Of a stretch of DNA of 64,000 nt, positions 44,107 to 53,275 are shown piece by piece. Source of the DNA: a virus. The notes below the pieces were generated by a model that did no database searches, was not told the origin of the DNA, and saw only the letters and a program-made list of their open reading frames with translations. Made by a program: the position numbers and the translations under genes. Position 1 is the first letter of the stretch. The number at the start of each line of letters is the position of its first letter. Where the stretch lies: positions 1 through 64,000 of the IMG/VR virus record IMGVR_UViG_3300049491_001102; one strand, given 5' to 3'.

Positions 44107-44763
44107 ATGACCACGACAATTGAACGGTCCGCACCTGTCGCTGGTCAACGTTGGAAGCACTACAAAGGCACGGTATACACGGTCGTGTGCATCGCTCAAT
44201 CTACCGCGGATTTAGAAAAGAAACTCGTCATCTACCGTGATGGTGACAAGTCTTACGCGAGACCAATCGAAGAGTTCATGGAGTATGTAGCCGCAATCCA
44301 GAAACCTAGATTCAAACAAGTTTCAGCCGGTGCCCATATCCCATCAAACGTTGACAACCCGCCAATCTGTCCCTACTGCCAAAATGCTGCGCAACTTGTG
44401 CTCGGTGGCCGCATCTATCCCCACCGGTACGACCTTGCAGAGTTGCAAATGTGGCTTTGTTCCCGATGCAACGCTTGGGTTGGCTGCCACAAACCGAGTG
44501 CACATAGCGACGGCACCGTCCCATTTGGCCGACTTGCCAACGCAGAGCTGCGTGGACTCAAGACGCAAGCCCACGCCGCATTCGATCCGCTTTGGAAAAA
44601 TCATGGCATCACGCGAGATGACGCCTACGCATGGCTTGCCGAAGAGCTCGGGTTAGCCAAAGATCTCACGCACATTGGTATGTTTGACGAAGACACGTGT
44701 CGCCGTGTTATCGAACTCTGTATAACCACGGACCCAAGGAAAATTCGTGCTCTCGCAAAATAA
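44107..44763 (+). CDS. DUF1653 plus DUF3268 zinc-finger fusion
   Basis: WKHYKG..Y...VIYR...ARP..EF; CPYC..CSRC.AWVGCH..GRLAN..AHAAFDPLWK..HIGMF. Confidence 0.85.
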   Translation: MTTTIERSAPVAGQRWKHYKGTVYTVVCIAQSTADLEKKLVIYRDGDKSYARPIEEFMEYVAAIQKPRFKQVSAGAHIPSNVDNPPICPYCQNAAQLVLGGRIYPHRYDLAELQMWLCSRCNAWVGCHKPSAHSDGTVPFGRLANAELRGLKTQAHAAFDPLWKNHGITRDDAYAWLAEELGLAKDLTHIGMFDEDTCRRVIELCITTDPRKIRALAK

Positions 44764-44965
44764 GCCAAGCATCTTTTCGGCCGTCGTTGCGGTCACGCTA
44801 ATAGTTGTGCTCGCTTTAGGCATCTATTCAGATTGCTCATTCTCAAAACGATGCGAAGCTGTCGGCGGCATCGTGGCCAAAAGTCACGTTGGAAGCCATT
44901 GTATCGATCGCCGTGTTCTCATTGATGACCAGGTCATGCCCCCACCGCGGGCGCAAGGACCATGA
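44747..44965 (+). CDS. Small membrane protein
   Basis: TM helix followed by C...GG......C. Confidence 0.55.
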   Translation: MLSQNKPSIFSAVVAVTLIVVLALGIYSDCSFSKRCEAVGGIVAKSHVGSHCIDRRVLIDDQVMPPPRAQGP

Positions 44966-45141
44966 ACAACAAGAAGCAATCAGGGATGAACGGCTACGGA
45001 CGAAAAATTTGGATGTGCCGCAAAGGATGCTGTTGCAGCATCCCCCACTGGCGCCAAGGCAAGAAGCAGGGTCGGCGCAAAAGCAAAGAAGCAGTGCGAG
45101 ACCAACTAGTCTCCTCTGATCAAAGCCAAGTCACGGAGTAA
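44962..45141 (+). CDS. 59-aa basic peptide with CRKGCCC (absent from the ORF track)
   Basis: ATGA coupling and AAGGA RBS. Confidence 0.5.
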   Translation: MNNKKQSGMNGYGRKIWMCRKGCCCSIPHWRQGKKQGRRKSKEAVRDQLVSSDQSQVTE

Positions 45142-46166
45142 GGATCTCCCCAAGCAGCTCGGGTGCCACGATGGTTGCTATCCGAACCTAATGCGATCTG
45201 TGTGATCCCTGCCGCGTCCGCAATCCAGCGACGCACGGGTTCCCCGTCTCGCCATTGCTCCCAAACAACCCGCCAAGTGGGTACCTCGACTTGGAAAAGT
45301 TGGGTTGAACTGCGTTCGTCTTCGGCAACATGACGGACGCCAACTTCTTCAATCACATGAAGAGACCATCGTTTTCCCCCACCGGGCGACATTGAGAAGG
45401 CTGCAAACGTATGTTCTCCCGGGATAAGCATTTTTTCGTGAAGTGCTAACCCACGAGATTCAATACCGGGAGCTTGTCGTGTTAGGCCCAGAGTGCATAA
45501 AGCAACTTCTATGCCACTCTCCCAAAAATGAGTCGTTTCTGGAGAAGTCGCAACAACTTCATTTTCCAAACGGTCAAGGAGTGCTAACGCGTTTGTTAGG
45601 GCTTCTGTTGTTTTAGGGTTTGGATCTTTGACACTTGGGTCTTTAATATGTGCTCGGACAACACTCGCAACGTAATCGCGGGCCAACGCTGTAATTGTCG
45701 GATGCATGTCCGTTGCACACCATTGGGACAAGTCATCTTTCGACCCATAGTGGAAGTCGCGACCATCGAAAACGCCGTAGTAAACCTCACCACGCGAAGG
45801 CGCTATCCAAAAGATCGAAGGGCCTTTAACGTGCCAGAGATAATCGGGTCCGCCGCCGACTCGCCCTGCGTCACCAAAAGCATAGTGTCCGCAAGCTAAT
45901 TCCGTGGCGTCACCAAAGATGAGAACACATCCACCACTAGCACCACGAATGTACGATGTCTTTGTGTTGCAGCGCCATAAAACACCACTTTGACCCCGAT
46001 CCTTTGTGATGATCACTCGACCGTCCAAACCAGTGATGAACCCGCAATTGTTGGGGTCAATGTTTGGTCCGCCAGTACCGATTTTGACGAGTGTGCGGCC
46101 GCGACCCGCTTCGCCGAGTTCAAGTGGGAGGGTCAGGGATTGAGTGTTGTTGCTGAGGAGTCTCAC
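45120..46166 (-). CDS. Hypothetical protein
   Basis: 348-aa ORF downstream of the Acb2/Tad1-like gene. Confidence 0.7.
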   Translation of the reverse strand: MRLLSNNTQSLTLPLELGEAGRGRTLVKIGTGGPNIDPNNCGFITGLDGRVIITKDRGQSGVLWRCNTKTSYIRGASGGCVLIFGDATELACGHYAFGDAGRVGGGPDYLWHVKGPSIFWIAPSRGEVYYGVFDGRDFHYGSKDDLSQWCATDMHPTITALARDYVASVVRAHIKDPSVKDPNPKTTEALTNALALLDRLENEVVATSPETTHFWESGIEVALCTLGLTRQAPGIESRGLALHEKMLIPGEHTFAAFSMSPGGGKRWSLHVIEEVGVRHVAEDERSSTQLFQVEVPTWRVVWEQWRDGEPVRRWIADAAGITQIALGSDSNHRGTRAAWGDPYSVTWL

Positions 46167-46232
46167 AACGCCTTAACCGGCCCTTGGTGCTGTATCAACA
46201 CCAGGAATCCGGCGAATGCAGTCCGAGAAGAA

Positions 46233-46523
46233 CTACGGGTATTTGTTAGGATTTCGCGCGACGCTAGCGTTGGCGTGAAAGACAGCGGTCTCCACCCCTC
46301 GAATAGCGAGCGTCAAGTCGGCAGACGCTGGGCAGTTGTTCACAAGGAGAAGCGCGAACGCTTTTGCGGCTTCGCGAATGCGATCATAGACTTCCGCCTG
46401 TGACGGCTTTGGTGGGTGATACGTAAAGACGTCGTTCAGGCTTTGTCCTGCGAGAATTGGAGCCGTGGTGGTGGTCGATGGCTGGCCAAAGACGTTGACG
46501 GTAGTTTCGGTGGTGACGGTCAT
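46233..46523 (-). CDS. Acb2/Tad1-like helical hairpin protein (putative cyclic-nucleotide sponge, anti-defence)
   Basis: FTYHPP..SQ...Y..IR..AK.F......CP.S.D.TLA...VE.AVF.AN.SVAR pattern. Confidence 0.65.
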   Translation of the reverse strand: MTVTTETTVNVFGQPSTTTTAPILAGQSLNDVFTYHPPKPSQAEVYDRIREAAKAFALLLVNNCPASADLTLAIRGVETAVFHANASVARNPNKYP

Positions 46524-46564
46524 GGGAGTCTCTTCTCGGTGTCGTCGAATCCGGCGACTACAGG

Positions 46565-46593
46565 AATATAGGTCAGCAACCTATAGTCCGCAA
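46565..46593 (-). promoter_or_regulatory. Sigma70-type promoter TTGCGG-N17-TATATT containing operator ATAGG-N7-CCTAT
   Basis: Palindrome 46567-46585 fills the spacer and overlaps the -10. Confidence 0.7.
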
Positions 46594-46597
46594 GCCC

Positions 46598-46882
46598 TCA
46601 GCGCGCGGGCCGAAGTTTTTCCGCGAAATCCGCGCCCAACTCTTTGCGCATTCGCTCCAACGTCGGCAAAAAGAAACCTGGGTCAACGTTTAGGGCAGCG
46701 CTGAGTCGCGCCAACATCCGACACGATGCATTCATCGTGCCCCGCTCTAAATCGCTGATATGCGATTGTGGAACGCCGGTGGCCTCCGCCAATTCACGTT
46801 GGCTCAGGTCTGCCAGCGTGCGCGCAGCAGTGAGCTTGCGGCCGATTAGAACTGCGAGAGGATCGGGGTCGCGCGAAGGCAC
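46598..46882 (-). CDS. XRE family HTH repressor
   Basis: LSQRELAEATGVPQSHISDLERG. Confidence 0.9.
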   Translation of the reverse strand: MPSRDPDPLAVLIGRKLTAARTLADLSQRELAEATGVPQSHISDLERGTMNASCRMLARLSAALNVDPGFFLPTLERMRKELGADFAEKLRPAR

Positions 46883-46888
46883 ACCATA

Positions 46889-46909
46889 TAATAGGGCATC
46901 AACCTATTA
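46889..46909. promoter_or_regulatory. Second ATAGG-N7-CCTAT operator, upstream of the XRE gene
   Basis: TAATAGG-GCATCAA-CCTATTA overlapping a TATTAT -10. Confidence 0.7.
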
Positions 46910-46911
46910 GG

Positions 46912-47106
46912 TCAGCGTGCCGCGGGGAAAATTCGAAAGCTCGCGTCGGTGCCGATTGCTTGTTGGCGCAGTTCGGCGACCCGGCGCAAGGCTTCGTCCT
47001 CATCTTCGAATGTGCTGGCGTCGAGCGTTTCAAAAGCAGGGCGCCAGCTTGCTGTCCGCCCACCCCAGGTGCCATGCACCTGTAGCAGGTAGACGACGTC
47101 GTTCAC
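46912..47106 (-). CDS. Hypothetical protein
   Basis: GTGA-coupled ORF. Confidence 0.5.
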   Translation of the reverse strand: MNDVVYLLQVHGTWGGRTASWRPAFETLDASTFEDEDEALRRVAELRQQAIGTDASFRIFPAAR

Positions 47107-47336
47107 GCTTGGTCCTTGTGACCTTGACCCGGCGGGAGCATCACCGCCTTCGCGGCGTCGGAAAGCGAGATGCCTCCGATCGCGGTAGCGGCCAAGATCG
47201 TCACTTGCTCGGCAAGCTTTTCAGCTACGCCATCTTCAAGTCCAAGTCCTAGACGGACAGCAATTAAGCTGATGCCACTTCCGACGAGAACAACGAAGCG
47301 TTTGCTTTTGAGAAGGTCAACAATTGCTTGGATCAT
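47103..47336 (-). CDS. Holin-like membrane protein
   Basis: 77 aa, KSKRF followed by two hydrophobic helices. Confidence 0.6.
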   Translation of the reverse strand: MIQAIVDLLKSKRFVVLVGSGISLIAVRLGLGLEDGVAEKLAEQVTILAATAIGGISLSDAAKAVMLPPGQGHKDQA

Positions 47337-47923
47337 TTTCTGGACTTTACGAGATCATCTAGGAAGATCTCAGCTTTGATGTGTTCAGCATTCTTTTCTG
47401 GATAAGGGCGACTCTTGTTCCTACTCCAGGTAACGATGCGATGCTGGTATTCATCGTCAAATTTACTGACAGCCGCTCTAGCCTGTTGAATCTGCTGCTG
47501 GTGCTTATCCAGTTCAACTAACATAGTTACGCTCTGTTGAAGCGCATTTATGTTTTTACCGTTGGTATTAAGCACGTCAATGATTGGTTGCAGCTTAGCG
47601 TCGAGCTTTTCTTCTGTAACGATAGCCTGACTCCACAGAACAAAAGCACCTCCCAATGAAAATGCTAACGCGATCAGCGATAGTATGTTCTTTGGATTAA
47701 GCATAGCTTTTAGCCATGATTCAGGTTTAGACGCTTTTTTGCGCTCTTGGTCGAATACTTCGCCGACCATCGTTGTTATCTTGGGCATCATGTTGTCCAC
47801 GATAAACCCAAGCTGCGCACGAACGCGTGCGTCATCGTTGTCTGTACTAGGTTCTTGTTGAGGTACAGGCATGGTGATCACCCGAAATCGCTTATTTTCT
47901 CCGCGAATCATTGGCATCCCCAC
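47333..47923 (-). CDS. Single-TM coiled-coil protein (lysis-associated candidate)
   Basis: ILSLIALAFSLGGAFVLW TM; coupled to the holin-like gene. Confidence 0.55.
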   Translation of the reverse strand: MGMPMIRGENKRFRVITMPVPQQEPSTDNDDARVRAQLGFIVDNMMPKITTMVGEVFDQERKKASKPESWLKAMLNPKNILSLIALAFSLGGAFVLWSQAIVTEEKLDAKLQPIIDVLNTNGKNINALQQSVTMLVELDKHQQQIQQARAAVSKFDDEYQHRIVTWSRNKSRPYPEKNAEHIKAEIFLDDLVKSRK

Positions 47924-47975
47924 ACCTAATGATTAACACGGAACAGTCAATCAGTTTGAACAGTATTAGGCCGAA

Positions 47976-48713
47976 CTATGGTGAATTACGAACCAATCCG
48001 CTGGGCGGAATCTGGTCGGCTTTGAGACGCTTCAGGAGTTTATTCAACTTCCGCTGCACCTCATCTACTTCTACTTTGCTAATCGACAATTCTGCTTCTG
48101 CAAGAATTTTTCGATCGTCAGCGGAAAATAGATGGCTTCTCTTGTTAGCCAAAGCTTTCAACTGTTGAGTTTTAGCCACATTCTGCGAGAAGTCGTCTAG
48201 TTTCCGATTGCGAATTGTCGTCGCGTCTTCGGCATCTTTTCGGACTTTCTCTGCGGATCGGATAGCCCCAATCGCTTGTTTCTCCGCTCGCACAGCAGGT
48301 GACAATGCGCGAAGCAATGCTTCTCGTTCTGCTTTATCCCCAAGAAATGTTCTCTTGTTGGCGGCAGCTTGTTTTCTGGCTTTTGTACCAAGATCGTCAA
48401 TTTTGTTCTTCTTATAGAACTTCTTGAGTTTGTTCTTGATGTCTGCCTCGGGCGGTGTAACGAACTGGTCCTTTTTTGCAAGACATCCAACAAGGATACC
48501 CATGAGATTGGGTTCAATGGAGTCATCATCTGCAAAGTGCAGCGGAGCAAAACCTTGAATAGATGAGGAACAATGAGCGCATGACCCAACGACGACAGTG
48601 TTGCATTCGGCACCACTTAGTCGAATAACATCTAGCCGCACTGTGGTTTCTTCATGACAAGCTTGGCATGAGAAAGTCACTGTTCCAGCGTCTTCATTGA
48701 TTTCTGTGATCAT
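47976..48713 (-). CDS. Zn-ribbon plus basic coiled-coil protein
   Basis: CQAC..CAHC. Confidence 0.6.
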   Translation of the reverse strand: MITEINEDAGTVTFSCQACHEETTVRLDVIRLSGAECNTVVVGSCAHCSSSIQGFAPLHFADDDSIEPNLMGILVGCLAKKDQFVTPPEADIKNKLKKFYKKNKIDDLGTKARKQAAANKRTFLGDKAEREALLRALSPAVRAEKQAIGAIRSAEKVRKDAEDATTIRNRKLDDFSQNVAKTQQLKALANKRSHLFSADDRKILAEAELSISKVEVDEVQRKLNKLLKRLKADQIPPSGLVRNSP

Positions 48714-48720
48714 ATAATCC

Positions 48721-50379
48721 TTACGGGGTCACAACAACGCGCCCAACGTAGTAACTTGTACCAACACCTGCCCGAGTTGCACCGATAACAGCCCCTTTAG
48801 TGTTTGCAGCGATCAATGCAACACTTGAAATGTTGCTAGTTGCGTCAGCCGTAAATGTGAACGTAGTCGGTGTACTGCCAAAGTTACCGGGGAAGATCAC
48901 GGGGATCGCATAATTTGAGCTACTACCGCTGTCGAGGTCACCACCAGCAACCGCACAGTCATAGCGACGCGATGGTTGTCCGCTTGGAGTGACATCGAAG
49001 TTGAACCCAACAGGATCGCTCGACGTAGACCCCGTTCCCAATCGAATGAGGTTTCCATTCGAATAAGGAGAACGAATGCTGAATATGAACCCACCAGTCA
49101 GACCGCTGCTGAAAGCATCATCATCGAAATATTCCGATGCGGCTGATTCTTGAGCGATCATGGCGAAAATAGAACCCTGGTTCGTATTTCCACCATCGAT
49201 ACTGTGCTTTAAGTTACCGAAGCGGAAATTCTCTTTTCCACCGGCTGTATCAGTCATATTCCACTTACTAGTAGTGGTATTCCAAAACTGATTGATCGTA
49301 AAGCACCAACCGTAATCATCATGCGTGTAGATGCGAATACCCTGATTGCTCGTCGTTGGGCGACGAAACAATGGTCGATACGCAGCGCCTGAAGTTGTCG
49401 TTTGATAGATTGGTGCAACACTCTCGTCGATCTGCTCTTTCGTGACAAACTTCTGCACGATTTCATCGAAAGCTTGTTGAACCGTCCCACCATCGAAAAA
49501 GCTATTGAGTGGCAACAACGGGGAAATACCCGTGATGGTCACTTCTTGCGTTTCAATAATATCCGCTCCGGACTCGCGAACATCCGTTGTCAGCCCACCG
49601 ATAGCTTCAGACATGTTGGCTCCCGCCAACAAATTCGTCCACGCCATTGAATCTGGAACGATGTCGTTGTCGATCGCGGTGCCCGGATGCACACCCGTTG
49701 TACCGGCGATGTGGGCGTTTAGCTGGTCCAACGTGAATTGCATGGCCGTGGGTAAACGACCCGTGCGGACCATCGCCGGTGAAGATGCCGCGAGGTTGAA
49801 GATGTACTGGAAGCGTGAATTCGGTTTGCTTATGACATCCGCCGATTCGATCATCGCGTTTAGGATCTGAGTGGTCCCAAAGCTAAGTTTGACGTCGCCG
49901 ATGAGCAACGCATCGCTGCGCAAAGCTGGGCGTGTGGCCAAGCCTGCAGTGGCCTCAGCTCCTTGGGTGACGATGAACTGGTACCCCTCGTCGTTCACGT
50001 ACAGCACCGGGAGGCCGTTGCCATCAAAACGCTGATCGGTTTGCACTCGCGTGAACTGCACAAAGATCGAGACCCACTTTTCGTTCCCGCTCGACACCAC
50101 GGTCGTCGGCAAGCCGTTGCTGTCCGTGCTCATGTTGAGCGTGACAGAACTCGACATCGCGACGCGGCGTCCTAGTTGGTCGTAACCAATGCCGGGCCCA
50201 CCGATGTCGACGGTCAGGTTGGGGACCGGTGCATGCTGAACGACCGAGTACCCGGTGGTGACCCCGAAGTAGGCTTGGTCCGTCATGATGCGCTGCATGG
50301 CCTCTTCAGCATTCGACTGAAGCTGATCCATGTCGCTCTCACCAACCAACTGCTCAAAATAAAAGTCTAGCCGCTTCAT
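48721..50379 (-). CDS. Baseplate-attached tail fibre/structural protein
   Basis: RLDFYFEQLV N-terminus as found in proteins following tail-I genes; beta-rich. Confidence 0.65.
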   Translation of the reverse strand: MKRLDFYFEQLVGESDMDQLQSNAEEAMQRIMTDQAYFGVTTGYSVVQHAPVPNLTVDIGGPGIGYDQLGRRVAMSSSVTLNMSTDSNGLPTTVVSSGNEKWVSIFVQFTRVQTDQRFDGNGLPVLYVNDEGYQFIVTQGAEATAGLATRPALRSDALLIGDVKLSFGTTQILNAMIESADVISKPNSRFQYIFNLAASSPAMVRTGRLPTAMQFTLDQLNAHIAGTTGVHPGTAIDNDIVPDSMAWTNLLAGANMSEAIGGLTTDVRESGADIIETQEVTITGISPLLPLNSFFDGGTVQQAFDEIVQKFVTKEQIDESVAPIYQTTTSGAAYRPLFRRPTTSNQGIRIYTHDDYGWCFTINQFWNTTTSKWNMTDTAGGKENFRFGNLKHSIDGGNTNQGSIFAMIAQESAASEYFDDDAFSSGLTGGFIFSIRSPYSNGNLIRLGTGSTSSDPVGFNFDVTPSGQPSRRYDCAVAGGDLDSGSSSNYAIPVIFPGNFGSTPTTFTFTADATSNISSVALIAANTKGAVIGATRAGVGTSYYVGRVVVTP

Positions 50380-52541
50380 GTGGTCAAAATCGTTTCTGTG
50401 CCCAACAGATGGACACCAATGCGCCAGTACGTCTTCGTTCCCGGACCATCATCTCCAGGCGTGCCATTAGGCTCGCGAATACCAACGATATGTTCGTGAG
50501 CACACTTCATGTAGTCCGCGATCTTGAACATAATGTCTCGTTGTTCATCCGTTAAAATCGTCGTTGAGACGATGAAGAATGAATACCACAACGGAGACCC
50601 AATACCAGGACCAATGATTGTGTTGACATTTAGGTTATGAATTCCTATTTGCCAGAAATCACGGTAGTTAAAGATGTCCAATGTGACCTCTACACCAGTG
50701 AAAAAGCGAATAGCGTTTATAACGCCTTCAGCCGTTCCCTTCTGTTTGTAGATAGGGACTAAAATTCTCCCCAATTTTCTCTTCTGAGTCAAAGAGAGGT
50801 CTACGAACAGAAATGGATTCCCGAGGTCAGTTAATATCGCATCAACGAACTGCTCAGGTGCGATGTCAAGGTCTATAATGTCTGTCCAATGGTCTATTTC
50901 ACATAGTAGAAGGTCAACGACATCTTGTAGACATAAAATGAACTTCCGAAGTGGTTGGTCCACCGACGAATCATCATCACGTCGATTCATCTGCGGGATT
51001 TTTTCCCACAAGTTCAATGACCGCCCAGCAGGCGCTATACATCGATATGCTGAGAAATCTGCGAAGTTGGCCGATGCGTTGATAACATTTTCTTGCAGAT
51101 CGTAAGCGTTGTGAACGGTAACGCGATACGTTGCTGCCATTGTCATCTCAATGTCGAGCGCAACGTCTACAGTGTAGCTATTGATGACCGTAACTCCAAT
51201 TGCTTGGAGTGGGACTGCTGGCACTGTTTGGGCTGAGAATGAATAGTATGAAGGGTCATTGATTGACTCAATGACCATAGCTTCACTAAAGAAAACACGG
51301 ACAGTTTTTAGGTCTCTAGCTTGTGCGGACAGAACTGTTGGGTTCTGAACATCCGCCATGTAAAAAACCCAAGTTGTCTCACACTGGGTTATACCCGCTG
51401 TTCCAGAGTTAACGATGACTTCGATTGGCTGTTCTGAAACAAATGGGGCAATAACGTCTAACGGCACAGTGAACAGCAAATCATGAGCATCAGTATCTGG
51501 AACTGTAATGCTGCCGCCCACAAACGGTGCCACCCATGAACCCATGTTATAGGCTATTTGTCCATTAACAATCACTGTTGTGATTGTCAGGTCAATTGGA
51601 ATACCGGATGTGTTTACGATCTCAAATTGAAAGTCCGGACGAGAATGCGGGACTGCAATCTCATTCGGCGGCGGCAACCTATTTCCAATGAAAACTGCAC
51701 TTGGGATTGTATCGAGCTCAATAAAATCGAGATAAATCCCCGGGAGTTCAACAGGTCCTGGTCGTGCAACCGTAACCGCTTGCGCATCAAGTTGAAGCCC
51801 AAGACGAAGCTTCACAGGATCGGGGAGTGTGGTGATGTTGAGCACCACATCATCCAAAGTCGTCGTGTACTTGGTCCCACCATAAAGCAAGTTCTGGTCG
51901 GGAACGGACGGACCCATCGTGTCATCGTCAGCGAAGAATCTCCAGTAGAAGAAGTTTGTTGGTAGCGATGGGGGATACCCACTCTTTAACCGTGGCCAAC
52001 GCGCCTCTCCATGCACACGAACAACTTTGGCGTTGTTCCGCGGTGCTTCCTGATACGTGATTATTCTGTCACCGTAATGCAGGAACGGCCATATTTCGTT
52101 TTTCCTGTCATTACCAAGAACGAACGAATAGTGACCTTGCGTTCCGCTAACTTTGGTCCCCGGAAAATTGAACTTGTATTGAGCCAAACCGCCGACGATT
52201 TGGATGGAAGCCAAAAGTCCGGTTTTAACTGTTGTCAGCCTAACAGCGTTGTTATCCTCGACAGCGATAAGTTCTGGAACTTCAGCTCCGATTACAGCCG
52301 CCACTTCGATCGGGGAAGCAGATGTGATGTCAACGAAATCTATGCTGTCGAACGTCACCGATACAGCATCTGCGCCATTAACACGCAACAGCAGCGTATC
52401 ACCGTCAACAAGTGCATAGTTTCCATCAGACCCAGTAACGACCGTAGCGGGCTGCGGTAGGTCATCCTCAGAGATCACGTGATTTTGCGGGTGAACGCGC
52501 CCTTGGTCGAGACCAAAGCGATAGTCGTACGGTGTTCGCAT
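50376..52541 (-). CDS. Baseplate/tail protein I-like with Ig-like N-terminal domains
   Basis: C-terminal D.DIAPEQFVD..L.DLG, IYKQKGT..GV..AIR. Confidence 0.75.
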   Translation of the reverse strand: MRTPYDYRFGLDQGRVHPQNHVISEDDLPQPATVVTGSDGNYALVDGDTLLLRVNGADAVSVTFDSIDFVDITSASPIEVAAVIGAEVPELIAVEDNNAVRLTTVKTGLLASIQIVGGLAQYKFNFPGTKVSGTQGHYSFVLGNDRKNEIWPFLHYGDRIITYQEAPRNNAKVVRVHGEARWPRLKSGYPPSLPTNFFYWRFFADDDTMGPSVPDQNLLYGGTKYTTTLDDVVLNITTLPDPVKLRLGLQLDAQAVTVARPGPVELPGIYLDFIELDTIPSAVFIGNRLPPPNEIAVPHSRPDFQFEIVNTSGIPIDLTITTVIVNGQIAYNMGSWVAPFVGGSITVPDTDAHDLLFTVPLDVIAPFVSEQPIEVIVNSGTAGITQCETTWVFYMADVQNPTVLSAQARDLKTVRVFFSEAMVIESINDPSYYSFSAQTVPAVPLQAIGVTVINSYTVDVALDIEMTMAATYRVTVHNAYDLQENVINASANFADFSAYRCIAPAGRSLNLWEKIPQMNRRDDDSSVDQPLRKFILCLQDVVDLLLCEIDHWTDIIDLDIAPEQFVDAILTDLGNPFLFVDLSLTQKRKLGRILVPIYKQKGTAEGVINAIRFFTGVEVTLDIFNYRDFWQIGIHNLNVNTIIGPGIGSPLWYSFFIVSTTILTDEQRDIMFKIADYMKCAHEHIVGIREPNGTPGDDGPGTKTYWRIGVHLLGTETILTT

Positions 52542-52542
52542 A

Positions 52543-53274
52543 CTAAGAGGGTGGAACGAATGGTGTTGCCGTCTTTGCGATAGTAATGTGGTCTACTGCG
52601 CCCACAACACCTGGAACAGCGGAATAGAATCCATATCCAGCTCTACCTCCTCCGGTAAGTCCGGGAGTTCCAGAGTTTACACCGAGGGAATCGTCGTTAT
52701 ACGACGCCATTCCGGGGATTGCAGTCCAAACTGGCGCAGTCACTGGATTGACAGCTAGATTGTTCTGATAGCAGTTCAGAATGACGTCACCTGAGGGATT
52801 TACGATGCAATCCAACCGCAGATGAACCCACTCATTGAGCCCAATTTGGGCAGTTGATCGGCGCAGAACACCTGAACTACCCGGAGTGTCATCAGGCAAA
52901 CCGCCAATGATCGTCCCTTTGCGTAGCATGATGTACCCTGGGTCCCCCGCGGATAAACCGATCATGTAGGCAGTGGCGGTAAGAGCATCGTTCGACTGGC
53001 ACTGAATAGCCAAGAACGTGCTCATATTTGCCTCATCACCGATGTAGCGCATGACTGCACCCGTGATTTGTCCACCTTCGCCAGAATCAATTGGGTCAAA
53101 CCCTGCGATTGCACAATAGTTGGCTGTTACTCCAACAACTCCGGAGTTCAAAGCTCTCCAGCCAAAAATATGGCTTGCGCCACCATTTGGCAGTGGCAAA
53201 CCAGCAGTCACTCCACGAGCGACTGAAGCAAGGTCTAAGGAGTTTACGAACTCAAACCAGTCGTCTGCTGCCAT
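52543..53274 (-). CDS. Virion structural protein (beta-sandwich)
   Basis: In the tail operon; Gly-rich beta composition. Confidence 0.65.
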   Translation of the reverse strand: MAADDWFEFVNSLDLASVARGVTAGLPLPNGGASHIFGWRALNSGVVGVTANYCAIAGFDPIDSGEGGQITGAVMRYIGDEANMSTFLAIQCQSNDALTATAYMIGLSAGDPGYIMLRKGTIIGGLPDDTPGSSGVLRRSTAQIGLNEWVHLRLDCIVNPSGDVILNCYQNNLAVNPVTAPVWTAIPGMASYNDDSLGVNSGTPGLTGGGRAGYGFYSAVPGVVGAVDHITIAKTATPFVPPS

Positions 53275-53275
53275 A

